Shown one piece after another: positions 53,579-63,358 of a stretch of 64,000 bases of DNA. The stretch is from positions 5,111-69,110 of the forward strand of contig CAWCZE010000001.1 of the NCBI GenBank assembly GCA_963800015.1. Direction: 5' to 3'. The translations under genes were made by a program, and so were the position numbers. Numbering within the stretch: the first letter of the stretch is position 1; the number at the start of each line of letters is the position of its first letter. Source of the stretch: an uncultured Verrucomicrobiae bacterium (GTDB lineage Bacteria; Verrucomicrobiota; Verrucomicrobiia; Chthoniobacterales; UBA10450). The notes below the pieces were generated by a model, which worked only from the letters and a program-made list of their open reading frames with translations, was not told the DNA's origin and did no database searches.

Positions 53579-54681
53579 CATTTCCAGCTGCTGTTGCGAT
53601 CTTCGAAACGCTGCCGTCGAAAGCGTCGGCCGTTCGCCCATCCCAGCCCGGCGACAGGCAATTTCGAACATGTTTCCGATTTGTTCGGCGAAAGCTCCTT
53701 CGCCAATCTGGCGCTTCCGCCATCGCGAATCATAAAGTTTTCCGCCGCGAAAACCGCGCACCTGATTGAGGACCTTCTCTTTTCGTTCCGGAAAATGTTC
53801 GTCCAGCCAACGTTCGAACAATGGCGCAACTGCCCACGGCAATCGCAACAGAACATGACCGGCAAATTGCGCGCCTGCTTTTGCGCATGCGGCAACAATC
53901 GCCGGAATTTCGTGATCGTTAATCCCAGGAATTACCGGAGCGACCATTACGCCGACAGGAATTCCTGCGGCTCGCAATTGCGCAACCGCTTCCAGTCGCG
54001 CAGCCGGTGCAGATGTTCGCGGCTCGAGAATTTGTTGGAGCTTCGGATCGAGTGATGTCACTGAAAGATTTACTACCGCGCAACGATCACGCGCGAGATC
54101 CGAAAGAAGGTCGATGTCGCGCGTAACAAGCCGGTTCTTCGTCAGAATGCCGACTGGGTTGCGGAATTTCGCGAGAACTTCGAGACAACCGCGGGTGATT
54201 TTCAGTTTGCGTTCGATCGGCTGATAACAATCGGTCACTCCGCTCATCATCAACAGCTGCGGTTTCCATTTCGGCGAGGACATTTCGGCTTCCAGCAATC
54301 GGGGCGCATCGGCCTTGACCATGATCCGCGATTCAAAATCAAGTCCGGCGGAAAAGCCGAGATACTCATGCGTCGGTCGCGCGAAACAATAAATGCATCC
54401 GTGTTCGCAACCACGATACGGATTCACGCTGGTTTCAAATCCGACATCGGGGCTTTGATTGCGCGCCACGATTGTTTTGGTCGCGTCCCGAAAATACTGA
54501 GTCGGGACGTTTGGGCTTTTCTTCCGCATCAGGATCGTCATCGACCACATCGATGTCGGTCAGATCAACGTGAAGTTTTTCGAAGCGATTAGCCGGACTC
54601 CAGGATGCGCCGCGCCCGTGAATCGCCTCGCGACTTTGGGGCGTTTCCTTGATCTACCGGGCTGAATTTCGCCTTCGCCAT
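53573..54681 (-). CDS. PA0069-family radical SAM protein (N-terminus frame-disrupted)
   Basis: SVNPYRGCEHGCIYCFARPTHEYLG (CxxxCxxC). Upstream, another frame reads HGRGASWSPANRFEK. The candidate ATG is at 54681. Confidence 0.75.
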
Positions 54682-54805
54682 ACTTGAATGTTCATCTGAA
54701 CATAGTGATTTGTCCAGCCGATTCTTGATCCGTTTGGCGGCCAGCTTGCTGAACTATGAACCAGTGGCACACTTGTCACTCGTCACAGGTCACTGCTCAC
54801 TTTTT

Positions 54806-54893
54806 GGAGGGGTGGTCGAGCGGTTTATGGCTCCGGTCTTGAAAACCGGCAAGGCGCAAGCCTTCGTGGGTTCGAATCCCACCCCCTCCGCCA
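54806..54893 (+). tRNA. tRNA-Ser (anticodon UGA), CCA encoded
   Basis: GGAGGGGTGGTCGAGCGGTTTATGGCTCCGGTCTTGAAAACCGGCAAGGCGCAAGCCTTCGTGGGTTCGAATCCCACCCCCTCCGCCA, with a long variable arm. Confidence 0.9.
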
Positions 54894-55516
54894 TCAACGG
54901 TTTGACGTTTGATGCTCGATCTTCGGTTTCGGCAATAGCCAGCGCCAAACGACGTAAGCCGATAAAATTCCCAGCACCGCGGCGCAAACCACGTCAGATA
55001 ACCAGTGCGCGCCGAGATAAATCCGCGAAAATCCAATCAGGATTGGAATCGCAAGGCACGGCAGTCCGATCCGCCAATTCGCCAGCAACAAGACGGCAAA
55101 AAATCCGAGCGAGGCGTCAACATGTCCGGACGGAAATGAGTGATACTTCGAATCACTCCATCGCGGACCATTCCACATTTGCTCCGATTTGACTGACGGC
55201 CGCGCCCGCCCGCTCGTAACTTTGATCGCGCGACCAACGAGGCCGGCGATCGCCAACGCGATCAGCATCGCCAGAAAAATTCGCATCCACTTTTTGCTTC
55301 CGCGCGCCCACGCAACGCCGACACAACCCAGCCCAACTAGAAAATGCTCGGGCCAATCACCAAACCGGCTCACGTTTCGCATCAAGTGGTAAACACTTCG
55401 GTTTTGGTGTTGCGCCATAAAATCCCGAACCGCGTTGTCGAAATAGAATGCCGACTGCAATTACGACCGCAGCGATCAGAATGGCGATGATCCAGAAAAC
55501 CGGGCGTTGCTTCACA
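54894..55516 (-). CDS. PAP2-family phosphatase (N-terminal TM in another frame)
   Basis: KVTSGRARP...SFPSGH...SRIYLGAHWLSDV are the three PAP2 motifs. The stop abuts the tRNA-Ser 3' end. Confidence 0.75.
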
Positions 55517-55541
55517 AATAAGTTCCCGTCAGTGGTTTGAA

Positions 55542-55615
55542 CTCTTACTCTTGCTCATTCTCTTACTCTTAATCGACCGAAATCGAGTAAGAGCACGAGT
55601 AAGAGCATGAGCAGG
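55542..55615 (+). repeat. composite hairpin (CTCTTACTC repeats) engulfing the start codon of the GT39/GT83 gene
   Basis: CTCTTACTCTTGCTCATTCTCTTACTCTTAATCGA...TCGAGTAAGAGCACGAGTAAGAGCATGAGCAGG. The ATG at 55607 lies inside the right arm. Confidence 0.7.
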
Positions 55616-57058
55616 ATAAACTCAGCCGCTGGAAACTACGCCATCTTATTTTTTGTTTGCGTGGCTTTTCACGTCATTGGCACGTGGAGCGTTCCGTTGA
55701 TCGATCGCGACGAGCCGCGATTCGCTGAAGCGTCGCGGGAAATGATCGAGCGCGGTGATTACATCGTTCCGCATTTCAATAATCAGCTTCGTTTGGATAA
55801 ACCGCCGCTCACCTATTGGGCCCAGGTCGCCAGCTACAAGATTTTTGGGGAGAATGATTTCGCGGCGCGCTTTCCTTCCGCGGTCGCCGCGGCGCTGGTT
55901 GCGATAACGATTTTGGCATGGGGCCGGCAGATCGGCGGCGATCGGGCGGCCTGGTGGGCGGCGATTATTTTCACGCTCTCGCTGCAGACGTTTGTTCACG
56001 CCAAAGCCGCAGTCGCAGACATGTGGCTGGTTTTGTTTATGACGACAGCGCACTGGGCGGGATGGGAATTGATCGCGAAACGCGAAACGCGAACTGCGAA
56101 ATGGCGAACCACAATGGCGGTTGGTGGATCTTTTACCTTTCTCTTGCGTTGGGTTTTCTGGCCAAAGGCCCGATTGCCTGGACGCCGTTGTTGACTGTTG
56201 CGGTGATGAAATTTTTGGCGCTTGATGTTGAGTTGGCGCGGCGCTTCAAGTTCGTCCGCGGAATTTTGTTGATGCTTGCAATCGTCGCGCTCTGGGGAAT
56301 TCCGGCCTTAATCCAGACCCACGGGGAATTTCTGCGCATCGGCATCGGCCGTCACGTGATCGGCCGCTCGATCGGTGCGATGGAAGGCCACGGCTCAAAT
56401 TCGTTAGGCACTTATCTCCTGTTGCTGCCGTTTTATTTCGTGACCGTCTTCGCCAGTTTTTTTCCGTGGTCGCTCAAACTGCCGGCGCTGACAAAAAAAC
56501 TCTGGCGCGAACGGGACCAGACGGACCTTTATCTGCTGAGCGGCGTCGCAATTATTTTTGTCATCTTCACGCTCATCAAAACCAAGCTGCCGCATTACAC
56601 CCTGCCCGCGTTTCCGTTGCTGGCGTTGCTGGTCGCGCGACACGTTTCCACGGAACGTTTTGTTAAAACTGCCGCAATCGCGGTCGGCTGTCATCTATCT
56701 CGCGGTCGCGCTATTCGCCGCGCCCTTCGTTGCCCGATTCTTTCCGGCAGCGGAACTTTATCGACAAGCGCGAGCCGATCTCAAACCGGAGATGGAATTT
56801 GGCGCGATCGAGTTCCAGGAACCGAGTCTCGTTTGGTATTTTCGATCGCGCGCGAAAGGCTGGATGGTTCCGTTAAAGGGAAAAAACGCGACCGAATTCA
56901 TGCAAAGAAGTGGGCCGCGTTTTGTCATTTTGCCAACTGAGATGGGTGAGGACGCGTTCCCAAATTCACCGGCGACTTGGAAAACGTTCACCACAACCGG
57001 CTTCAACATCGCCAAAGGCAAGAAAGTTGATCTCACTCTGCTCTTAAAACCGGAATAA
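55607..57058 (+). CDS. ArnT/PMT-like glycosyltransferase (GT39/GT83; two frame changes)
   Basis: PLIDRDEPRFAEASREMIERGDYIVPHFNNQLRLDKPPLTYW. Pieces are in ORFs 55607, 55918 and 56558. Confidence 0.7.
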
Positions 57059-57062
57059 TTAA

Positions 57063-57134
57063 CCACAGAGCACACGGAGACCACGGAGTAACAATCCCTT
57101 TAAATATTCTCTGCGATCTCCGTGGCCTCTGTGG
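57063..57134 (+). repeat. composite leader hairpin (CCACAGAG/CACGGAGA repeats) 16 nt upstream of the ruvA ATG
   Basis: CCACAGAGCACACGGAGACCACGGAG...CTCTGCGATCTCCGTGGCCTCTGTGG. Confidence 0.7.
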
Positions 57135-57150
57135 TAAATGACAAACTGAA

Positions 57151-57756
57151 ATGATCACGTTCCTGGACGGCAAACTTGTGACCGCATTGCCAACCCAAGC
57201 GACGGTCGACGTGAACGGGGTCGGCTACGAAGTTCTGATTCCGCTTTCGAGCTACGATAAGCTTCCGGCGGCAGGCCAGCCGATCCGGATTCTCACCCAC
57301 CTTGCTGTCCGCGAAGACGCTCACATTCTTTACGGATTCATGAGTGCGCCGGAGCGCGATTTGTTTCGGTTACTCGTAAACAACGTCAGCGGAATCGGTC
57401 CAAAGCTCGCGCTGGCCGTGCTAAGCGGGATGAGTGTGACGAATTTCAAAACCGCGGTCGTGAATTCCGACATCGGCGCGATTTCGAAAATCAGCGGACT
57501 CGGCAAGAAAACGGCCGAGCGAATCGTCCTGGAATTGAAAGATAAACTTGGAGTCGCGGCTGCATGGGAAGCCGCGAGCGCGGCTCACGCGCCAACCCCC
57601 GAAGCGGAACAAGCGAACGAAGCAATTTTGGCGCTGATCGCGCTCGGTTACAAACAGGTCGACGCGCACAAAGCGGTCCGAGATTTGCAAGGCCAGGCGA
57701 AATCGGCTGAAGAACTGGTGAAACTCGCGCTGAAACGCATCGCTTCGGGAAGATAA
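57151..57756 (+). CDS. ruvA: Holliday junction branch migration complex subunit RuvA
   Basis: MITFLDGKLV...VDVNGVGYEVLIP..., LLVNNVSGIGPKLALAVLSG, ISGLGKKTAERIVLELKDK. Confidence 0.9.
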   Translation: MITFLDGKLVTALPTQATVDVNGVGYEVLIPLSSYDKLPAAGQPIRILTHLAVREDAHILYGFMSAPERDLFRLLVNNVSGIGPKLALAVLSGMSVTNFKTAVVNSDIGAISKISGLGKKTAERIVLELKDKLGVAAAWEAASAAHAPTPEAEQANEAILALIALGYKQVDAHKAVRDLQGQAKSAEELVKLALKRIASGR

Positions 57757-57777
57757 GCGAACGCGAAGGCAAAATAA

Positions 57778-57975
57778 GCAAACGCCCAACGCTGAACGCC
57801 GAATCTCGAATTCAGAGGTCTGCGATTCAGCATTGGACGTTCGGCGTTGGGCGTTCGGCGTTTTCCCCTGCTATTTACCTATAAGCAAACACCCAACGCG
57901 CAGCATCCAACGCCCAATGTCCAATTCAGACGGCTGCATTCAGCATTGGACGTTGGGCGTTCGGCGTTCGACGTT
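57778..57975 (+). repeat. two tandem copies of a hairpin element of about 100 bp (CGCCCAACG / CGTTGGGCG repeats)
   Basis: Right arms are TTCAGCATTGGACGTTCGGCGTTGGGCGTTCGGCGTTTTCCCC (about 57826-57868) and TTCAGCATTGGACGTTGGGCGTTCGGCGTTCGACGTTTTCCCC (about 57939-57980). Each is preceded by its inverted partner. Confidence 0.65.
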
Positions 57976-57982
57976 TTCCCCG

Positions 57983-59372
57983 ATGTTGGTTAAAGACGAC
58001 AAACTGGCCGCAATCCGCGGTTCCTTCCCCAAAGAAGGCCTCTTCGCCGAAAAGGATTGGCTGCTTTCGCCGGACGCGTTTCCGATCGAAAAGAAGTTTC
58101 AGACCGAACTCGAGCAGCTCGGTCATCGCCTGTTGGTTTTTCAGCGCGCCTGCAATCAGCTTTACCAGCTAAGCGTCAAAGGAAAACAGCCCGCCTGGGT
58201 CGCGCGTTATCTCGACGCCGGCAAACCTAAAGAGTTGATCGAATTTTCGCAGCGCAAAGAAATTCGCGACGATCTGCCCCGCGTCATTCGTCCCGACCTG
58301 ATCCTGACCGATGACGGTTATATCATTGCGGAAATCGACTCGGTGCCCGGTGGAATCGGGCTCACCGGCTGGCTCAATCAAACTTACTCAAGCTTCGACA
58401 GCGAAATTATTGGCGGCGCAGACGGCATGCTCGCAGGATTTCAAAGCGTGCTGCCGAATGGCGGCGATATCGTGATTTCACAGGAGGCCGCGACTTACCG
58501 GCCGGAGATGGAATGGGTCGCCGCGCGACTTAATCAGAAGATACTCGATTCTGGATCCTCGATACTCGATCAAGAGAAGACCACGCGTCCAGAATCCAGC
58601 ATCCAGTATCCAGAATCCAGCATCGTGGCGGACAGTTGCGGCCGAAAACTACGAGCCGCGCGACGGCGTTGCGGTTTACCGCTTCTTCGAACTATTCGAT
58701 CTGCCGAACATTCCAAAGATCGAAAATCTTTTGCGCGCGAACGCTGACGGCCGCGTGACAATCACGCCTCCGATCAAACCGTTTCTGGAAGAGAAAATGT
58801 GGTTCGCTCTTTTCTGGTTGAAACCGCTCCAGGAATTCTGGCGACGCGAACTCGGCGAGAAATATTTCCTGCAGCTCCAAAAAGTGATCCCCTATTCGTG
58901 GCTGCTTGATCCCACCCCGTTGCCGCAACACGCGGTCATTCCCCGTCTGGAAATTCACGATTGGCGCGAAGCGGCCAGGTTCAGCCAGAAAGATCGCGAT
59001 CTGCTCTTAAAAATCAGCGGATTTTCGCCACTTGGGTGGGGCAGCCGTGGAATTTCGCTCGGCTCCGATCTCGCCCATGCCGAATGGGAAAAACGGATCG
59101 AAAACGCGCTGACTACTTTCGATTCAGCGCCGACGATCCTGCAACGGTTTCATAAAGGTCGACTGATCGAACATCGCTATTGGGATTCGGATTCGGGCGA
59201 ACTAAAAATAATGAAGGGCAGGGTGCGGCTGTGCCCGTACTACTTTGTCGAATCAAACAAAGTGCAGCTCCGCGGCGCGCTCGCTACGATTGTTCCCGCC
59301 GACAAAAAATTCGTCCACGGCATGCGGGACGCAATTTTGGTTCCGTCCAGAGCTGACCAGGCGAAGGCCTAA
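57983..59372 (+). CDS. circularly permuted ATP-grasp / glutathionylspermidine-synthase-like protein (one frame change near 58630; internal repeat insertion)
   Basis: MLVKDDKLAAIRGSF...RPDLILTDDGYIIAEIDSVPGGIG... joins ...VYRFFELFDLPNIPKIE...PIKPFLEEKMWFALF...RLCPYYF. The family assignment is approximate. Confidence 0.5.
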
Positions 59373-59729
59373 CGAGTTACTCTCGCTCGAGGCCTCTCAG
59401 GTTCTCTCTGGCGGCGGAGTCACCGCGCGACGCCGCCAATTTGAGCCACCAAACAGAAAGCCCTCGATCGTTCCGGGCGGAGTAATAGTAATTGCCATGC
59501 GTCTCGCGGAGACGTTATCGCCAAGAAGGGCGTCCCGCTCGGTCGCTCGAAGCTGGTTCTTTGTTGAAATGGTCTTCGGCGGAACGCCGTAGTGGACCAG
59601 CCCGAAAGACCGACAGCGAGGCAGCCATCAGGAGGAACGAAGACTTCATAGCTAACGAAAACCTTAGAACTAGAACTGCCGGGCGAAAAGAGCAGACTAA
59701 CAACACACGAGACACGGCCAGGAGCTGGC

Positions 59730-60098
59730 TTACAAGTCGTAAGTGGTGATTTCGAGGATGTGACCGTCAGGATCGTGAAAGTAAATCGAGTGCGAGATTT
59801 CGTGGTCCTCGAATTCGAATTTGATGCCGCGTTGTTTTAGTTCTTCCTGAGCGGCGAGGAAATTCTGTCGCGTCGCGCGAAACGCCAGATGCAGCATTCG
59901 GATGCCGCCGCGAGCGGGTTCGTCTGATTTGGCAGGAAACAATGCGAGCGCGGTGGTGCCTTTGCCGATGAAGGTGGGAACGCCGCCCCATGCCCCTTCG
60001 TGAAGACGTTTGAAGCCGAGCACGTCGATGTACCAATTCGCGGAACGCTCGATATCGCGCACGCTGATCGCGACATGATCGATTCCTTCAAGCTCCAT
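59730..60098 (-). CDS. VOC-family (glyoxalase/bleomycin resistance/dioxygenase) protein
   Basis: Intact 122-aa ORF: GIDHVAISVRDIERSANWYIDVLGF...HLAF...SIYFHDPDGHILEI. Confidence 0.8.
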   Translation of the reverse strand: MELEGIDHVAISVRDIERSANWYIDVLGFKRLHEGAWGGVPTFIGKGTTALALFPAKSDEPARGGIRMLHLAFRATRQNFLAAQEELKQRGIKFEFEDHEISHSIYFHDPDGHILEITTYDL

Positions 60099-60104
60099 AG
60101 GAAT

Positions 60105-60233
60105 TAGACAGGATTTACAGGATTAAATTGGATTCAAATACAAATCGTCGAAGAATTCGTCAATCCTGTCAGTCTCCCATCGCCCGCGGAGCGGCCGTCC
60201 ACCTCGGACAAAAATCCTGTTAATCCTGTCTGA
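60105..60233. repeat. inverted repeats of ACAGGATT units in the divergent VOC / 5'-nucleotidase intergenic region
   Basis: The left arm is TAGACAGGATTTACAGGATTAA (60105-60126). An internal copy is GTCAATCCTGTCAG (60159-60172). The right arm is AAAATCCTGTTAATCCTGTCTGA (60211-60233). Confidence 0.65.
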
Positions 60234-60252
60234 TTGTTGATATCTCGAAGCC

Positions 60253-61879
60253 GTGAGTCCCCCCACTCGCCGCGCATTTCTTCAAACCATCAGCGGCGCC
60301 GGCTTGTATTGCGCAACGCCGGAAATTCTTCGCGCGACTTCGGAGTTCGCAAGCGACACCGTCCAAATTTCGATTCTTCACACGACCGATCTGCACGGAC
60401 ACATCTTGCCGACAATCGATTACGCTGGTAATGCCGATCTCGGCGGTTTGGCGCGATGCGCGACGCAGATCCGGCGTTGGCGCCGGCAAAATCGAAATTC
60501 AATCGTGATCGACGTCGGTGATGTTTATCAGGGCACCGAGGTCAGCCTGCGTGACAAAGGGCGCACTCATGATCGATCTCTTCAATCATCTGAAGTTCGA
60601 CGCCTGGGTCGTCGGCAATCACGAATTCGACTGGGGTGTTGAACCTTTCACGAATGCGCTGGCCAAGTCCGCCATGCCGGTCCTGGCTGCGAACATGCTC
60701 GATCCAGGGAAATCTCAAGCGGACGATCCACGAAATCCCTTCGCGAAGTTGCGCCCGTACATTTTGAAAGAATTCGAAGGAATCAAAATCGCGATCGTCG
60801 GAGTGACCACGCCCGGAATGCCATTTTGGTTTCGGCCCGAATTCATCCGCGGCTTCGAATTCGAGCATTCGGTTGAAGCGGTGCGGCGCGCGGTCGCCGG
60901 CGCAAAGCCGCGAAGGTGCGAAGGCAATCGTGCTCGCCGGGCCACATGGGATTGAAGTCGCGCGGCGGCGGAGACGATTTCGCCAACAATGTGATCGCGC
61001 TGACCTCCGAATTTCCAGAAGTCGCGGTGTTCATTGCCGGACATACCCATCAACCGATCACCAGCCGGCTGACCAACAGCGTTCTGTTCACCCAGGCCGA
61101 TCATTTCGGAATTCACGTCGGCCGAGTCGATCTCGCCTTCGATCGGCGCTCGAAGAGATTGCTGCGTCGGGAAGCGCGATTGTGAATTGATGAACAGCCG
61201 GATTCGGCTCGATCAGCGCGTGATTCTCGCGCCGAAACCGCTGCTCGCCGAATCGGCGGCCGCGCTCGCACGAACCGATCGGAATGTTGGCCGGACACGC
61301 TGCATGCTCGCGGCCGACCCGGCGAGCCGAGCGACGTCGAAGAAGTTGATCGGCGCAGCAATTTTCGAACAACTGCGACGAGCGCGACGTCGCAGGTTGA
61401 CGGCGCGATGCACGGCGTGTTCGACGAACGAAATGATTTCGAAGCCGGTCCGAAAACGGTGAACGACATCTGGAAAATAATTCCGTTCGAGAACTATCTG
61501 GTCACAGCTGCGCTGACTGCCGGAAGAGATCAAAAGCGGTGATGGAAGAAATTTACGCCAGCCGCGAGCCGCGGAATCTGCTCGGGTTCGAAATTCGAAA
61601 CCGTGAGGGAAGCGGGTTGCCAGCGCGATTCAGCTCGATGCGACTTGGACAGATGGGCGTCCGCTCGAACGCGACAGACGCTATTTCATCGCCTTTAACA
61701 GCTTCGATTCCCGCAGCGCCGGCCATCGTTTTATGAAATTGCGGGCGTTGTTCGAAAGAGCCGGCGACCAATTGCACGTTTCATCGGTTCTAGACCCGGG
61801 ACGCGTTGATCGATTATTTCCGTCGCCACGGCATCGTCCACAAAGTCGCTCGCGAGCGCTCATGCCGGCGGCGGCGTAA
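60253..61879 (+). CDS. bifunctional metallophosphatase/5'-nucleotidase, Tat-signal (many frame changes; 3' end approximate)
   Basis: RRAFLQTISGAGL (twin-arginine), ILHTTDLHGH, DVGDVYQG, VVGNHEFDWG, IAGHTHQ. Pieces are in ORFs 60253, 60518, 60916 and 61187 onward. Confidence 0.65.
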
Positions 61880-61921
61880 CTTAGCAGCCAAATTGCGGTT
61901 GAAAATTCCCAGCGCTTCCGG

Positions 61922-62707
61922 TTGCGTATCTGCCCCATGCGCGTTCTGCGCAATTTTAGCTCTTTTTCTGCGATCTGTCGATCCTGGGTCGGTCACAAGT
62001 TGACGTCGGATCGTCGCAAAGCGGCGCAGCTGCCAATGTATCGCCCGATTCTGCTCGGCACTGGGCCGACTGCGTTGATCAATCGCATCGACACGCGCCG
62101 ATTTGGCGCAGGAAAGGACAAAAAGACGCGGCGGTCATGTTCTCCTGCTCGGTGCAAGAAGGACGGGCGCGGTCATTTCGAGTTTCCACCTATCGCGGCA
62201 CGCCAGATTCAAAATTGCTCGAGCAGGAAGTGATCAAGAGACTGTCGGTGGCGGCGAATCCGAAGTTTTTCCCGGCGGTTTACAACCATTTGCCGGTTGA
62301 CGCGATCTATCTACGGCACGGTCACGTTCAGGGTGGTGGACGGGAAACCGCGGCTGCGGATTTTTTCCAACCAGGAACGGAGGAATTGAAAAAGGAAAGC
62401 GACTTCGTCGGTCCGCAGCCTTTTTGGGGAGGCGAATCGAAATTTAACGGCTTCGCATTACCCGAGCAAGAATGACTGCGCCAGTCCAAGTGGACGGCGT
62501 CGGCCGAATTGGAGGCAGAAGATCGACGCGACAGGGGATCTGTTAAGAAAATCAGCATCGTTAGCGAGGAGCCGCCTTTCCTCGGTTTCGGCGACACCGC
62601 CTTCGAGGACTTGGGCAAGGCGAAATTCATTCCGGCGTTTCGCGACGGCAAACCTGTCGCCTGCGACGTGAAGATGCCGGTTTATTTCAACACCATGAGG
62701 GCTTCTA
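61922..62707 (+). CDS. TonB C-terminal-domain protein (fragmented)
   Basis: ORF 62509..62790 contains ...IVSEEPPFLGFGDTAFEDLGKAKFIPAFRDGKPVACDVKMPVYF, which is TonB_C-like. The upstream part is in other frames. Confidence 0.35.
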
Positions 62708-63322
62708 ATGTCGCGGCTCAATCGCCAGCTAAAGCTGTCCGTGATAAACGGCCGAATCATTCCCGGAATTTTTTCGTCGTGATCCGCTGACTTGCGCGCG
62801 CGAGCTCATCGGCGCCGAGCTGATCTGGGGAAGCTGCGCCGGGACGCATCGTGGAGACGGAGGCGTATCTGCGCGGAGAACGACGAAGCCTCTCACACTT
62901 TTTCCGGCCGAGCGCGCGCGCGTTCGTCGAGCGCAACAAGCCGGCGCCGCCTACGTTTATTTCAGCTACGGCGCGCACTGGATGTTGAATGTGCTGGTGA
63001 AAGGCGAGGCGAACGGTTTCGTGTTATTCCGCGCCGTTGCAACCGAAGCACGGCATCGCATTGATGAAAAAGCGCCGCGGTGTCGATGACGAACAGCAAG
63101 CTTTGCTCGGGGCCGGGAAAATTGACGCAGGCGTTGGACATTACCGGTCGGCATCACGAGATGGATTTGTGCGGCGATCCGCGCGCATTGCTTCGTAGCG
63201 AGCGACGAAGGGCCGATGTGGTGGCGGACGCGCGGATTGGGATCACGCGGTCGGCGCATCTTCCGTGGCGATTCACTTTGCGCGGACAGCCCATTCGTGA
63301 GCCGTCGCAGTCGAAATGGTGA
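62708..63322 (+). CDS. mpg: DNA-3-methyladenine glycosylase (Mpg/AAG family; frame-disrupted)
   Basis: ...FFRRDPLTCARELIGAEL...(R)IVETEAYLRGENDEASHTFSGR...AAYVYFSYGAHWMLNVLVKGEANG...LCSGPGKLTQALDI...ARIGITRSAHLPWRF. Confidence 0.6.
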
Positions 63323-63358
63323 TGACCGAGCGCCTCGATTGACTCGGCGCAGCCGGAA

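Noticed and set aside
59649-59749. GCTAACGAAAAC..., which resembles the start of a tmRNA tag reading frame (ANDEN-like).
   Set aside because: The frame runs about 33 codons without a stop. There is no ...LAA end, no tRNA-like acceptor/T-arm, and no GGGG 5' end nearby.
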